Positions 38,348 to 48,297 of a stretch of 64,000 nt of DNA are shown here, one piece after another. Under the pieces are notes generated by a model, which worked only from the letters and a program-made list of their open reading frames with translations, did no database searches and was not told where the DNA came from. Both the position numbers and the translations under genes were made by a program. Position 1 is the first letter of the stretch. Every line of letters begins with the position of its first letter. Source of the DNA: Chthoniobacterales bacterium (GTDB lineage: Bacteria; Verrucomicrobiota; Verrucomicrobiia; Chthoniobacterales; Chthoniobacteraceae); assembly GCA_038207335.1 (NCBI GenBank), contig JBBQZX010000030.1, positions 14,063 to 78,062 on the forward strand. Direction: 5' to 3'.

Positions 38348-40132
38348 ATGACTTCCGCTCCGCATCGACACAGCGTTCTATTCCTGTCGGTCACCTCGAT
38401 CGGACTCGCCGGAGTCACAACCGTAATCGCCTGGGCATTGGTGCAGCTCATTTACCTGATCACCCACCTCGCTTTCTACCAGCGTCTCGCGCTCACGCCC
38501 ATTTCTCCGGATGGCAACCATCTCGGGCTCGCGGTTGTCGTCGTGCCGGTGATCGGCGGCCTGATCATCGGCGTCATGGCGCGCTACGGATCGAAGGCCA
38601 TTCGCGGCCACGGCATCCCTGAGGCGATGGAGCAAATACTGCTCAATCGCAGCCGCATCCCGGCGCGCGTTACCTTGCTCAAGCCGCTCTCCGCGGCGAT
38701 CTCGATCGGGACCGGCGGACCGTTCGGCGCCGAAGGGCCTATCATCGCGACAGGAGGCGCGCTCGGATCTTTGCTCGGGCAAATCTTCAGCGTCACTGCC
38801 GCGGAGAGGAAGATCTTACTCGCCGCGGGCGCTGCCGCGGGAATGACGGCCATCTTCGGCAGCCCGATCGCCGCGGTGCTGCTGGCGATCGAGCTACTGC
38901 TTTTTGAATTCAGCGCTCGCTCGCTGGTGCCGGTGGCTCTCGGGTGCGCAACCGCGTCGGCCGTGCGGCTTTGGTTCTTCAGTCCCGAGCCGATCTTCGC
39001 GATGCCCGCCGTCGCGACTCCCGGACCCGCGTTCCTACTCACTTTCCTCACACTCGGCGCCTGTGTGGGCGTGGCCGCCGCTTTCATCAGCCGCGCCGTG
39101 TATTGGGTGGAAGATCAATTCGAGCGCCTGCCAGTTCATTGGGCGTGGTGGCCGGCCATCGGCGCCGTGGGCGTCGGGCTGATCGGATATATCGCGCCGC
39201 GGACCCTCGGTGTCGGCTACAACAACATCGAGGAATTCGTTTCCAATACCCTGCCGATTCAGATCGTGGCCTGGCTCTGCGCGATGAAGCTCTTCTCGTG
39301 GCTCATCGCCCTCGGGAGCGGCACTTCGGGCGGAACACTCGCGCCCTTGCTGACCATCGGCAGCGGCCTCGGCGCACTGCTCGCAGTGGGAGTGAACCAC
39401 CTCGTGCCAAGCCTCGACTTGCCCATCGGCCTCGCCGCTCTGGTCGGCATGACCGCGATGTTTGCCGGCGCCTCGCGTGCCCTGCTCGCGTCCATCGTGT
39501 TCTCCTTTGAAACCACGATGCAACCGCACGCTCTCCCCGCGCTGCTTGCCGGCGCGACGGCCGCTTTTCTCGTCGCGCACCTCATCACGCGGCACTCGAT
39601 CATGACCGAGAAAATCGCGCGCCGCGGCGTATCGGTGCCCCACAGCTACGCGCCCGATCCGCTGGCGCACATCCGCGTGTCCGACGTCATGGCGAGTGAG
39701 TTTCAGACCGTCCCCGCGACCATGACGATCGAAGCCCTGGCGACCGGCATCGCCTTGAACGACCCGCTCGTGGCACGCCGTCATGCTTCGATGATCCTCG
39801 ACGCCGACGAGCGCCTGGTTGGTATCATCACGCGCAGCGACGTGCTCCGCGCGGCCGATTCGGGGCAGCAACTTCTCACCGTGGGCGAATCCGGAATCGG
39901 CACACTCGTCGTCGCCCATCCCGACGAAACGCTTCGTGAAGCGCTCATCAAAATGCTTCAATACAAGGTCGGAAGACTCCCCGTGGTGCCGCGCGACCAT
40001 ATTCAGCGCCCCGTGGGCTATCTGGGCCGCGCCGAAATCCTCGGCGCTGAAACTTTAGACGTGCGCGAACCCGGCTGGCTGGAACGTGTTTATCCTCGCG
40101 CAGCGGTGCCAGAGAAACCTGGGCCACGATAG
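38348..40132 (+). CDS. ClC-family anion channel/transporter with CBS domains
   Basis: GHGIPE, GAEGP and GGTLAP motifs; C-terminal CBS pair. Confidence 0.9.
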   Translation: MTSAPHRHSVLFLSVTSIGLAGVTTVIAWALVQLIYLITHLAFYQRLALTPISPDGNHLGLAVVVVPVIGGLIIGVMARYGSKAIRGHGIPEAMEQILLNRSRIPARVTLLKPLSAAISIGTGGPFGAEGPIIATGGALGSLLGQIFSVTAAERKILLAAGAAAGMTAIFGSPIAAVLLAIELLLFEFSARSLVPVALGCATASAVRLWFFSPEPIFAMPAVATPGPAFLLTFLTLGACVGVAAAFISRAVYWVEDQFERLPVHWAWWPAIGAVGVGLIGYIAPRTLGVGYNNIEEFVSNTLPIQIVAWLCAMKLFSWLIALGSGTSGGTLAPLLTIGSGLGALLAVGVNHLVPSLDLPIGLAALVGMTAMFAGASRALLASIVFSFETTMQPHALPALLAGATAAFLVAHLITRHSIMTEKIARRGVSVPHSYAPDPLAHIRVSDVMASEFQTVPATMTIEALATGIALNDPLVARRHASMILDADERLVGIITRSDVLRAADSGQQLLTVGESGIGTLVVAHPDETLREALIKMLQYKVGRLPVVPRDHIQRPVGYLGRAEILGAETLDVREPGWLERVYPRAAVPEKPGPR

Positions 40133-40277
40133 CGGTTCATCATGCGTCTGGACGCGCGCGTGCCATTCGGAACGAGGCGCAACACCGTCGATAGGATGTC
40201 GCAATCAATGATTGCAATACGCCAACGCACCGGACTGGCGTCAGAGTACCCTAATGAAACTGTCAGGATTTTAGCCT

Positions 40278-40937
40278 TCACGCCGCCGGGGTGATCGACG
40301 CAGTCAAGAAAGCCTGCTCGTGATTTTGCCACCTACGCCACGATGACGAATCGAGCAAAGATTCATGAAGCGCGGTTCCAAGTTCGTAAATCGTGCAGTC
40401 AAAGTCGGACTGAGCATAGATTTCGACGCCACTTTTCATTGCCTGACTCAATCGCTGAAACAACTCACGGTCGTGCGCGCCGGGAAACTCCAAATCGGTC
40501 GGATGGTCAAACGTAAATTGGCATGCGGCGAAATCTTTGGAGTGATGTCGCCGACACGAGTGTGGACGCATCTCATAAACACTGCATCTTCCATGCACGA
40601 GCAGAGGACATTGGATATTCTGCGTGGCATGCTCGAATGGGCTCAGCGGAAGCACCCTTTCCGCGTGAGATTTTAGTCGAACCATCAAGCTCATCAGGTC
40701 TTCGGTGCTGAATTGGGCACGAATGTGTCGAGCAATCAAGAAGACCTCGTGGGCGAAAAGATCGACCCGCAGCCAACAGCAAAGAGAGCAGCCCTCACAA
40801 CAAGCCAGACGCGGGGCTGCCGACCTCGTGATCTCATCGAATGCCGTGAGCTCTTGCGTCGCAGCGTGATCGAACTCCGAGGGATCCACAGCTCGGGCAA
40901 TGTCGAAAGCAAGTTGTTGCGAAAGGGTTTCTGGCAT
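40278..40937 (-). CDS. YkgJ-family (CxxxCxxCC) cysteine cluster protein
   Basis: CCEGCSLCC and CPLL...CSVYEMRPHSCR motifs. Confidence 0.85.
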   Translation of the reverse strand: MPETLSQQLAFDIARAVDPSEFDHAATQELTAFDEITRSAAPRLACCEGCSLCCWLRVDLFAHEVFLIARHIRAQFSTEDLMSLMVRLKSHAERVLPLSPFEHATQNIQCPLLVHGRCSVYEMRPHSCRRHHSKDFAACQFTFDHPTDLEFPGAHDRELFQRLSQAMKSGVEIYAQSDFDCTIYELGTALHESLLDSSSWRRWQNHEQAFLTASITPAA

Positions 40938-41191
40938 GTCCGCGGGTGTCCCATCGAACGATCAAAGGTTTGCGGGGCTGTAGGCCACCGGTTTCCTCGA
41001 CCATTTTCCAGTCGTAAATCCACGTCCCTAGCTCTGCTACTCGCTCGGTGGCTGATACCTCACAAAAATCAGTTGGTGTCCGTTCTCAAATTGGCTTTGC
41101 GATTCATGCAGTGGGATCAGGGTCGCCTCAATGAACAATTTCACCTGTGAGACGAAGGCGTCGAGGTTCGCCAACCGCAAATACAGCAACG

Positions 41192-42199
41192 CTACTTCGT
41201 GACGGCGAACGGCTGGACGAAGCTGGCCTCACCTTTAGCGTAGGCGATCCACACGGTATGAGTCTTTCGATCCACCGCGATGCTGCGCGCGCCTTCACTG
41301 GACGCAACGCTGCCAAGTGTTGTCAGCTTCTCATTTTCCACTTGGACGATCACGATCTTTCCGGTGCCGCTCGCGCAATAAACGCGATGCAACTCAGGGT
41401 CGTATGCGATCTGATCAACCCGTTCGGCAATTTCCGCTGAGGCAGTCACTTTTCCGTCTCCCTGTCGCATCATGACCAGTTTCCCATTGGCGCCGGCAAT
41501 GAGCAAAGACTTGTCTTGTTCATCCACAGCCATTCCGTGAGGACCTTTAGCGGGTGCCGTTGACCATTGGTCGGTGACCTTGTTACTGCGCAGGTCAATC
41601 ACGGCCACTACGCTGCCTGTCTTCATCGCTTGGAAAAGGCGCATGCCAGTGCTATCGAACGCGAGATCCTCCGGACCATCACTGGGAAGTCCGATGGTCT
41701 CAACAGCCTTGGTGGAGGGATCGACTACCCACAGATCTTTGCCGTCGTCGTGGCCAACATACACGCGTGCAGAAATTTGATTGTACGCAATGAGGTCGGC
41801 GGGACCGGACAGCGGGACGCTGCCGACAACCTCCAGTTTTTCCGAGTCGATAGTGACGAGCTGCGGCGGCTTGCTGACGCCCACGTAGTAGCGGTGTGAT
41901 TTCGCATCCACGGCCTCAGATTGCGCCGCACCCGTGCTGATGACCTTTGTCACCAACCGCTTGTCGAGGTCGATGATATCAAGCGACGAGTTACCCGTGT
42001 GGGCGGCTAACAGGCGGCGACCTTCGGCGTCAATGGTCAAGAAATCGAAACGACCATGCGTTCCTTCAAGGATGATTGGCTTCCCGGCTTCCAACAGTTC
42101 CGCACTTTTTCCGCTCAGTGCAGTGAATAGAAACGACAATCCGCAAAGGATGGTCGCCTTGGTGAATATGATCCGCTTTACGGTGAAGGAGGTAAGCAT
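41192..42199 (-). CDS. Secreted YncE-like beta-propeller protein
   Basis: Signal peptide; GRFDFLTID; repeated about 40-aa propeller blades. Confidence 0.8.
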   Translation of the reverse strand: MLTSFTVKRIIFTKATILCGLSFLFTALSGKSAELLEAGKPIILEGTHGRFDFLTIDAEGRRLLAAHTGNSSLDIIDLDKRLVTKVISTGAAQSEAVDAKSHRYYVGVSKPPQLVTIDSEKLEVVGSVPLSGPADLIAYNQISARVYVGHDDGKDLWVVDPSTKAVETIGLPSDGPEDLAFDSTGMRLFQAMKTGSVVAVIDLRSNKVTDQWSTAPAKGPHGMAVDEQDKSLLIAGANGKLVMMRQGDGKVTASAEIAERVDQIAYDPELHRVYCASGTGKIVIVQVENEKLTTLGSVASSEGARSIAVDRKTHTVWIAYAKGEASFVQPFAVTK

Positions 42200-42726
42200 T
42201 GTTTCACCATGCAGATGGATGCTGAGCCAAACAAGAGTCGAGAAGACCGAATCGATTACATTTGAGTCACGCTTCGCGGCGAGAGTGCGATGAACAAATC
42301 CTCTTATGAAAGCTGAGCGGCCGATCGATCCGCAGTCTTCAGGTGGGTGAATAGGAGTCTTAGGCGGCCTTCTGCTCAAGGATCGCGAGACTATCGAAGC
42401 GACACGTCCAACCACTTAGGGCTTTCACTAGGAAATGGACAGTGACGACTACACTGGCATGCAGACTGGAATATCATTTGAACGGGGCGAAGGGCTATAC
42501 GGGCGACTATTCACTGGCGCGAAGTCCAATTGCCGAACACATCCAGCAATCAGGCACGCGGATGGATATTTCATCATTGGATTCGTAGACGTATGACGCT
42601 CGCTTCTTGTCCCATCGATCCCGCACAGCAACCGATCTTCGCCCAAGAGCGACGACTGGAAATTGCGGCGTCGGAAGTCAGCAACTGCATGATGCAGTTT
42701 CCCGGCCAAAGGAGTTCCCGGGGTCG

Positions 42727-44886
42727 TTACGGCCAGATGGATTTCACCTCGTGCGCTTCGAGCAGTGAGAATTTTACAGCGTCGCCTTTCACGCTGATTT
42801 CGACGACTAACTCTTTCGGGTTCGCGATGAGGGGAAAGGGAACGTAGGTCAGGCCGTCACTTGCCCAGATGGTGAAATTGGTGCGGTCGGTGAGGATGAT
42901 GACGCTCTGATGTCCGTCGCGCAGCGGCGCGGGTGCGCGGTGTTTGTCGATGACGATCTCCTGCTTTGCGGAGTCGTAGCGAATCTCGACACCTCGCACT
43001 TTGAAGAGCACCTCGCTGTTAGGCGCAGGCGTGAAATCGGCGCGGATTTCGAGTAGTTCGCCATGGACGTCGGAGAGGGGGTTCTTACCGCCTTCGTTGA
43101 GCGTGCAGGGTTCATGGCGGTGCGATTTTACGCGCAAAGACGCGAGCTGCGCGATCGGCTGCCAGGCGAGGCGAGGACCGCCCGGCGTGCTGCGGAGCGA
43201 GAGTTCGCAGGGGAAGCATTGGAGCTGGTTGAAGGGCATCCCGAGCGAGGGACACTGCCCCCAGCCGATTTGCACGCGGCGTCCGTCCGGCATGCCGCTG
43301 AAGGTCTGCGCGGCGTAGAATCCGCGGCCGCGCTGAGCGGGAAGCTTCGGAGTCTCGGGCGTGAACTTTTCGCCGTCGAAGGTGCCGACTTGATATTCAC
43401 TGCTCGCCGCGGTCAGCACCCATTTCTGGTGGGCGGCGTCGCTATCGACCGGCAGTTCGAAGAAATCCGGGCACTCAAAAAAGCCGGGAGTCGTGCTCCG
43501 CAGCGTCCAGTCGCGGAGGTTCGGCGACGTGAAAAAGTGGATGGTGTGGTTTGGCTTCGGCGCGCCCGGAGCGTCGGGGAGTTGGACGTAGAGCGTGAGC
43601 ACCCAGCGCTTGCTCGGCGCGTGCCAAAAGACTTTCGGGTCGCGGTTGCCGCCCGTGATTTGCGGGATGACGGGGTTGCCCGCGAACTTCGTGAACGTCC
43701 GCCCGTCCAAACTGTAGGCGAGGCACTGCACCGTCGGGTTGCCGGCGGCCGTGTAAATGAGCACCAGCGGCGCTTTTCCATCGCGCCCGAAGCCGCTCGT
43801 ATTCTGCTCATCGACGACCGCGCTGCCGCTGAACATCGGCCCCATGTCGTCGGGATAAAGCGCCTCGCCGATCTCTTCCCAATGCACGAGGTCGCGGCTT
43901 ACCGCGTGGCCCCAGTGCATGTTTCCCCAGCTCCAGCCGTACGGGTTATGCTGGAAAAAGAGGTGATATTCGCCGTTGAAAAAGACGAGACCGTTCGGGT
44001 CGTTCACCCAGCCGCGTTTCGCCGAAAACTGCAACTGCGGGCGCAGCGCTTCGTGGTACAGATTTTCCGCGCCGATCATTCCGTCGGCTTGTTTTATCGA
44101 GCTCAGCGCCGTCGAGTTTTCCGGCAGTTGATTGACGGAAATTGTGAGCGTCTTTCCCGCCCACGCGCTCACGTCGAGCGGCGCCCACCAATCCGGCTCG
44201 GCGTCCGCGAGTTCGATGTCGAAACGCCGCTCCGTCTTGCCGTCCACGGAGACGGTCACGACGCGTTTCATCGCGCCGGTCTTCACCGGGAAATGCAGCC
44301 AGCGTTTTTCCGCGACGACCTCGCGCGAGACGCCCTTGGCGATCTTTACCGCCATCGGTGGCGCGGTGTCGGCCTGCATGATTTGATCGAGATTGAGATG
44401 TCCCCAGCCGCCCGTCGCGTCATCGACGACGACGAGATGCGCTGATTTCCCCGTGAGTTCCGACACGTCCCACCCGCTCGGCTCGAGCCGCTCGCTGCCG
44501 CCGGGCTCGGTGTTCGGACCAGTCGCGATACGGACGATTTTTCCGCTCACGACGAGGTTCACGCACGTCTTTCCGGCGAAACCGCCGCCGCCGATTAGGA
44601 AGCTGAGAAACTTCCGCTCAATCGTGAATTCCGGCGATGTGAGCGTGCCCGTCGCCTTGTCGCCACCGAGGAACGAATTCACCAAACCCCTTCCCGCAAA
44701 GCCTTCGACGGCCATCTGCCCCGGCAGCGCGCCGCGCGCCGGACCGCGGCCGAACGCGGTGCCGGTCGTCTTCCACGCGCCGTAAGTCTCGGCCTCGAAG
44801 TCCGCGACGACGATGTCGGGCTGCTGCGCGCGCGCGGCGGCGAGGGCGACGCTGAGCGACAGAAAAATCGGGGCGACGGTTTTCAT
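42727..44886 (-). CDS. Secreted GH32 levanase/beta-fructosidase
   Basis: WVNDPNG, WGHAVS, FSGSAV, RDP and ECPD motifs. Confidence 0.94.
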   Translation of the reverse strand: MKTVAPIFLSLSVALAAARAQQPDIVVADFEAETYGAWKTTGTAFGRGPARGALPGQMAVEGFAGRGLVNSFLGGDKATGTLTSPEFTIERKFLSFLIGGGGFAGKTCVNLVVSGKIVRIATGPNTEPGGSERLEPSGWDVSELTGKSAHLVVVDDATGGWGHLNLDQIMQADTAPPMAVKIAKGVSREVVAEKRWLHFPVKTGAMKRVVTVSVDGKTERRFDIELADAEPDWWAPLDVSAWAGKTLTISVNQLPENSTALSSIKQADGMIGAENLYHEALRPQLQFSAKRGWVNDPNGLVFFNGEYHLFFQHNPYGWSWGNMHWGHAVSRDLVHWEEIGEALYPDDMGPMFSGSAVVDEQNTSGFGRDGKAPLVLIYTAAGNPTVQCLAYSLDGRTFTKFAGNPVIPQITGGNRDPKVFWHAPSKRWVLTLYVQLPDAPGAPKPNHTIHFFTSPNLRDWTLRSTTPGFFECPDFFELPVDSDAAHQKWVLTAASSEYQVGTFDGEKFTPETPKLPAQRGRGFYAAQTFSGMPDGRRVQIGWGQCPSLGMPFNQLQCFPCELSLRSTPGGPRLAWQPIAQLASLRVKSHRHEPCTLNEGGKNPLSDVHGELLEIRADFTPAPNSEVLFKVRGVEIRYDSAKQEIVIDKHRAPAPLRDGHQSVIILTDRTNFTIWASDGLTYVPFPLIANPKELVVEISVKGDAVKFSLLEAHEVKSIWP

Positions 44887-44897
44887 GGGAGTGAATT

Positions 44898-45779
44898 TCA
44901 GGCGAATCTCCGGCGCAATTCGTCCGGCAATTTCGGCGTCGCGCCGGCTTGCGAGCAGACAAACGCGGCGACTTCATTGGCCCGCTGATTGATCTCCGCG
45001 AGCGGCCATTTCTTCCGCAGACCGAGCGCGAGCGCGGCGGTAAACGAGTCGCCCGCGCCGATGGTGTCGCTCACTTTCGCCGCGATGCCGGGATGCTCGG
45101 AGAGCTCTCCATCAGCCAGCAGCCAGCTTCCGCAGCCGCCGCAGGTGAGCGCGATCACGCGGAGTTCAAAGCGGTTCGCGAGTTCGGCGAGTTGCGTCGT
45201 GAAATCTCCGGGGAGCGCAAACATTTCCGCGAGCACTGGCAGCTCGGCGTCGTTGAGTTTCAAAATGTTCGCGAGCCCCAGCGAGGTCTCGATGACTTCA
45301 CGAGAGTAAAACGACTGCCGCAGATTGATGTCGAAAATGCGGAGCGCGTCGCTCGGCGTGGCGGCGACGAGTGCGCGAATCGCCTCGCGCGAAAGCTCCG
45401 CGCGCTGGGCCAGCGAGCCGAAGCAAATCACGTCCGCGCGCGCAGCGAAAGCGCGCGCGGCGGGGTCGGCGGTGAGATGATCCCACGCGACATCCTCATG
45501 GATCGTGTAGCTCGGCTGACCGTCGGCACCGAGGCTCACTGTGACCGTTCCGGTCGGTGCCGCGGAGTCAATGGCGACATGATCCGCGCGCAAACCGGAT
45601 GCCGCAAAACGCGAGAGAATTTCGCGTCCGAGGTCGTCGTCGCCGACGCGCGAGATCATCGCAGCATCCGCTCCGAGCGCGCGCGCGTGCTGCGCGAAGT
45701 TCGCGGGCGCTCCGCCGAGCACGGGCCCGGTCGGCAGCAAATCCCAGAGCACTTCACCGACGGCGAGAATTGCACTCAT
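44898..45779 (-). CDS. PfkB family carbohydrate kinase (fructokinase)
   Basis: GGAPANFA, FDINLR and DTIGAGDSF motifs; GH32 context. Confidence 0.92.
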   Translation of the reverse strand: MSAILAVGEVLWDLLPTGPVLGGAPANFAQHARALGADAAMISRVGDDDLGREILSRFAASGLRADHVAIDSAAPTGTVTVSLGADGQPSYTIHEDVAWDHLTADPAARAFAARADVICFGSLAQRAELSREAIRALVAATPSDALRIFDINLRQSFYSREVIETSLGLANILKLNDAELPVLAEMFALPGDFTTQLAELANRFELRVIALTCGGCGSWLLADGELSEHPGIAAKVSDTIGAGDSFTAALALGLRKKWPLAEINQRANEVAAFVCSQAGATPKLPDELRRRFA

Positions 45780-47155
45780 GCTTCGATGCCGAGTTGCTTT
45801 TGGATATCCTCAAGCGGCACACCCTTCGTTTCCGGCACCATCGTTTTCACCCAGACGAGTTGCAGCACCATCATTCCGCAGAAAAAGAGGAAGACGTAAC
45901 CGGGCGCAAACGCCTCGACCATTTTCGGAAAAAACGTGGTGAGCAGCGCGGCGAAAATCCAGTGCGTGGCGCTGCCTAGTGACTGCCCGGTGGCGCGATG
46001 TTCATTCGGAAAAATCTCGGAAATCAGCACCCAGATAACCGCTCCCTGACCGATCGCATGCGCCGCGATAAAGGCGAAAATGCAGGCCGGGACGATCTCG
46101 AAATGTTGTGTGAAAAAAGCCCATGCGCAGAGCCCCAGTGAGGCGATGTAGCCGAACGAACCGATGGTCAGCAGCGTGCGCCGGCCGAGGCGATCGATGA
46201 GCCAGAGGCCGGCGAAAGTGAAGATGAGATTCGTGATCCCGATGCCCACGGATTGCAGCAGCGCGGCCTTCGCGCCTAACCCCGTCATCTCGAAAATGCG
46301 CGGCGCAAAGTAGAGGATCGCGTTGATGCCGGACATCTGGTTAAAGAACGCGACGAGGATGGCGAGCAGGATCGGCACGCGCAGCCGCATCGACCAAAAA
46401 CCGCGCGCACTTTTTTGCTGCGAGCTTGCCGCGACGATTTCGTCCGCTTCCGCTTCGAGGTCCGCGCGACTCGCGCCGGGATCGATTTGCGCGAGCACTT
46501 TCAGCCCGCGCTCGCGGTCGTTTTTGCGAGTCAAAAGCCAGCGCGGACTTTCCGGAATCGCAAGGCACATGAGCGTGTAAATGACCGAGGGAAACGCGGC
46601 AACGCCGAGCATCCAGCGCCACGCATTTTCGCCGATGCCGCTGAGGAGCGCGTTCGAGGCGAAGGCGATGACGATGCCGAAAACGATGTTAAATTGGAAC
46701 ATGCCGGCGAGCCTGCCGCGGTGCGCGGGCGGCGCGATTTCCGAAATGTAGAGCGGCGCGGCGACGGTCGAGATGCCGATGCCGATGCCGCCGAGAATGC
46801 GCGCGACGATGAACGACGAGACATCCCACGCAAACCCGCAGCCGACCGCCGAGATGATGTAAAGCACGCCGATGCCGAGCAGCGTGGCCTTGCGCCCTAA
46901 GCGGTCCGTCGGCCAGCCGCCGCACATCGAGCCTAGCACCGTGCCGTAGAGCGCGGCGGCCATCGCGATGCCGTGCAGCCCGGCGCTCAGATGCCAGAGC
47001 GCTTGGATTTTCTGCTCCGCGCCGGAGATGACGACGGTGTCGAAGCCGAAAAGAAAACCGGCGAGCGCGGAAGTGATCGCCCAGAAAAAGAGCTGGCCGG
47101 TCGGTTTGCGCTGCAACTCGCGGAGCGGCGTCGTGTGGGAGGAGGCGATGTTCAT
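45776..47155 (-). CDS. Sugar porter family MFS transporter
   Basis: GFLFGFDT, DRLGRK, PESPRWL, NQMSGINAILY and PETKG motifs. Confidence 0.95.
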   Translation of the reverse strand: MNIASSHTTPLRELQRKPTGQLFFWAITSALAGFLFGFDTVVISGAEQKIQALWHLSAGLHGIAMAAALYGTVLGSMCGGWPTDRLGRKATLLGIGVLYIISAVGCGFAWDVSSFIVARILGGIGIGISTVAAPLYISEIAPPAHRGRLAGMFQFNIVFGIVIAFASNALLSGIGENAWRWMLGVAAFPSVIYTLMCLAIPESPRWLLTRKNDRERGLKVLAQIDPGASRADLEAEADEIVAASSQQKSARGFWSMRLRVPILLAILVAFFNQMSGINAILYFAPRIFEMTGLGAKAALLQSVGIGITNLIFTFAGLWLIDRLGRRTLLTIGSFGYIASLGLCAWAFFTQHFEIVPACIFAFIAAHAIGQGAVIWVLISEIFPNEHRATGQSLGSATHWIFAALLTTFFPKMVEAFAPGYVFLFFCGMMVLQLVWVKTMVPETKGVPLEDIQKQLGIEA

Positions 47156-47463
47156 GGGGAGATGGAGTGTGGCAGGGACTGTCGTCAGATCGAGCGCATT
47201 GCCGATCTCGCCTCACGAGGCTTCCATCTTTCCGGCAAAAGCGTGACGACAAAACGGCCCCGGAGGGAGTTATACGGGAAAGGGCGGGCCAAACCCTTTC
47301 GCCGAGGAAAACTCAGCGAGGCCGGATTTTCTTCACGACGTTGTTGAGCGAACGGGAGTTGGCCAGAAAGGTCGTCGTCGGTCACGATGGTGCGCATGGT
47401 GAAATCCAAAACCAACTCGCAACGGAAGCGTCGCTCACGCCGACCGTGAGCGACATCGAGCCC

Positions 47464-47770
47464 CTAGCGGGAGCCCCGCACCCATACCTGCGCGCCAGCC
47501 ACGAGCGCTGGGCCCAAGGCGAGTTCGAGCTTGTGTTTGATGTTCTCCGGATACGTTCGATCGTCTTGACACTTACGCCGAGGCGCGCCGCGATTTCGCC
47601 CGTGGACACGTCCACTCAGATGACCTCGAAGACTTGCAATCGCGAGCCGGGCGACGATAGCGGTCCTGACCAAGGTTGGCTCCCCAGCGCGAGCGCTTTG
47701 TACATCAGCTTTACCTCGATCGTGCGACTGACGTGCAGGTCGCCAGCAAAGAACTATCTCCGAAATTGTT
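47464..47770 (-). pseudogene. NarL/LuxR-family regulator C-terminal remnant
   Basis: AGDLHVSRTI...LQVFEVI*VDVSTGEIAARLGVSVKTIE, then a shifted frame YPENIKHKL. Confidence 0.7.
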
Positions 47771-47856
47771 CGCGCGGGAGTGTGATCTGTGCGCTCATGC
47801 CATGATCGTTGCGCGACTTATAAGCAGAGCGAATTACGCTCCAAAAACGACATAGA

Positions 47857-48297
47857 ATGAAGATAGCCATCGGTTCAGACCACGCAGGCTTTCGCTACAA
47901 AGAAGTGATCAGAATGCACCTGCACTCCCTCGGTCACGAAGTTCACGATTTTGGCTGCTTCAGCGAGGAAAGCGTCGACTATCCGAAGTTTATTCGTCCC
48001 GTGGCGGAAGCGGTAGCGCGCGGTGAATTTCCACGTGGAATCGTTCTTGGTGGATCGGGAAATGGGGAGGCGATTGTCGCGAACCGAGTCAAAGGTATCC
48101 GCTGCGCCCTTTGCTGGGATTTGCGCTCCGCTCGATTCGGGCGAGAGCACAACGATGCGAATGTGCTTTCCCTAGGACAGCGAATGATCCCGATTGAGGC
48201 AGCTCTCGAAATCGTGGAGGTTTGGCTCAATACCTCCTTTCGAGGTGGGAGGCATTTGGATCGGATTCGTCAGATCGACACGGCGGTGAGCCCATGA
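47857..48297 (+). CDS. rpiB: Ribose-5-phosphate isomerase B
   Basis: GSDHAG, DYP, GGSGNGE, REHNDANVL and GGRH motifs. Confidence 0.95.
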   Translation: MKIAIGSDHAGFRYKEVIRMHLHSLGHEVHDFGCFSEESVDYPKFIRPVAEAVARGEFPRGIVLGGSGNGEAIVANRVKGIRCALCWDLRSARFGREHNDANVLSLGQRMIPIEAALEIVEVWLNTSFRGGRHLDRIRQIDTAVSP

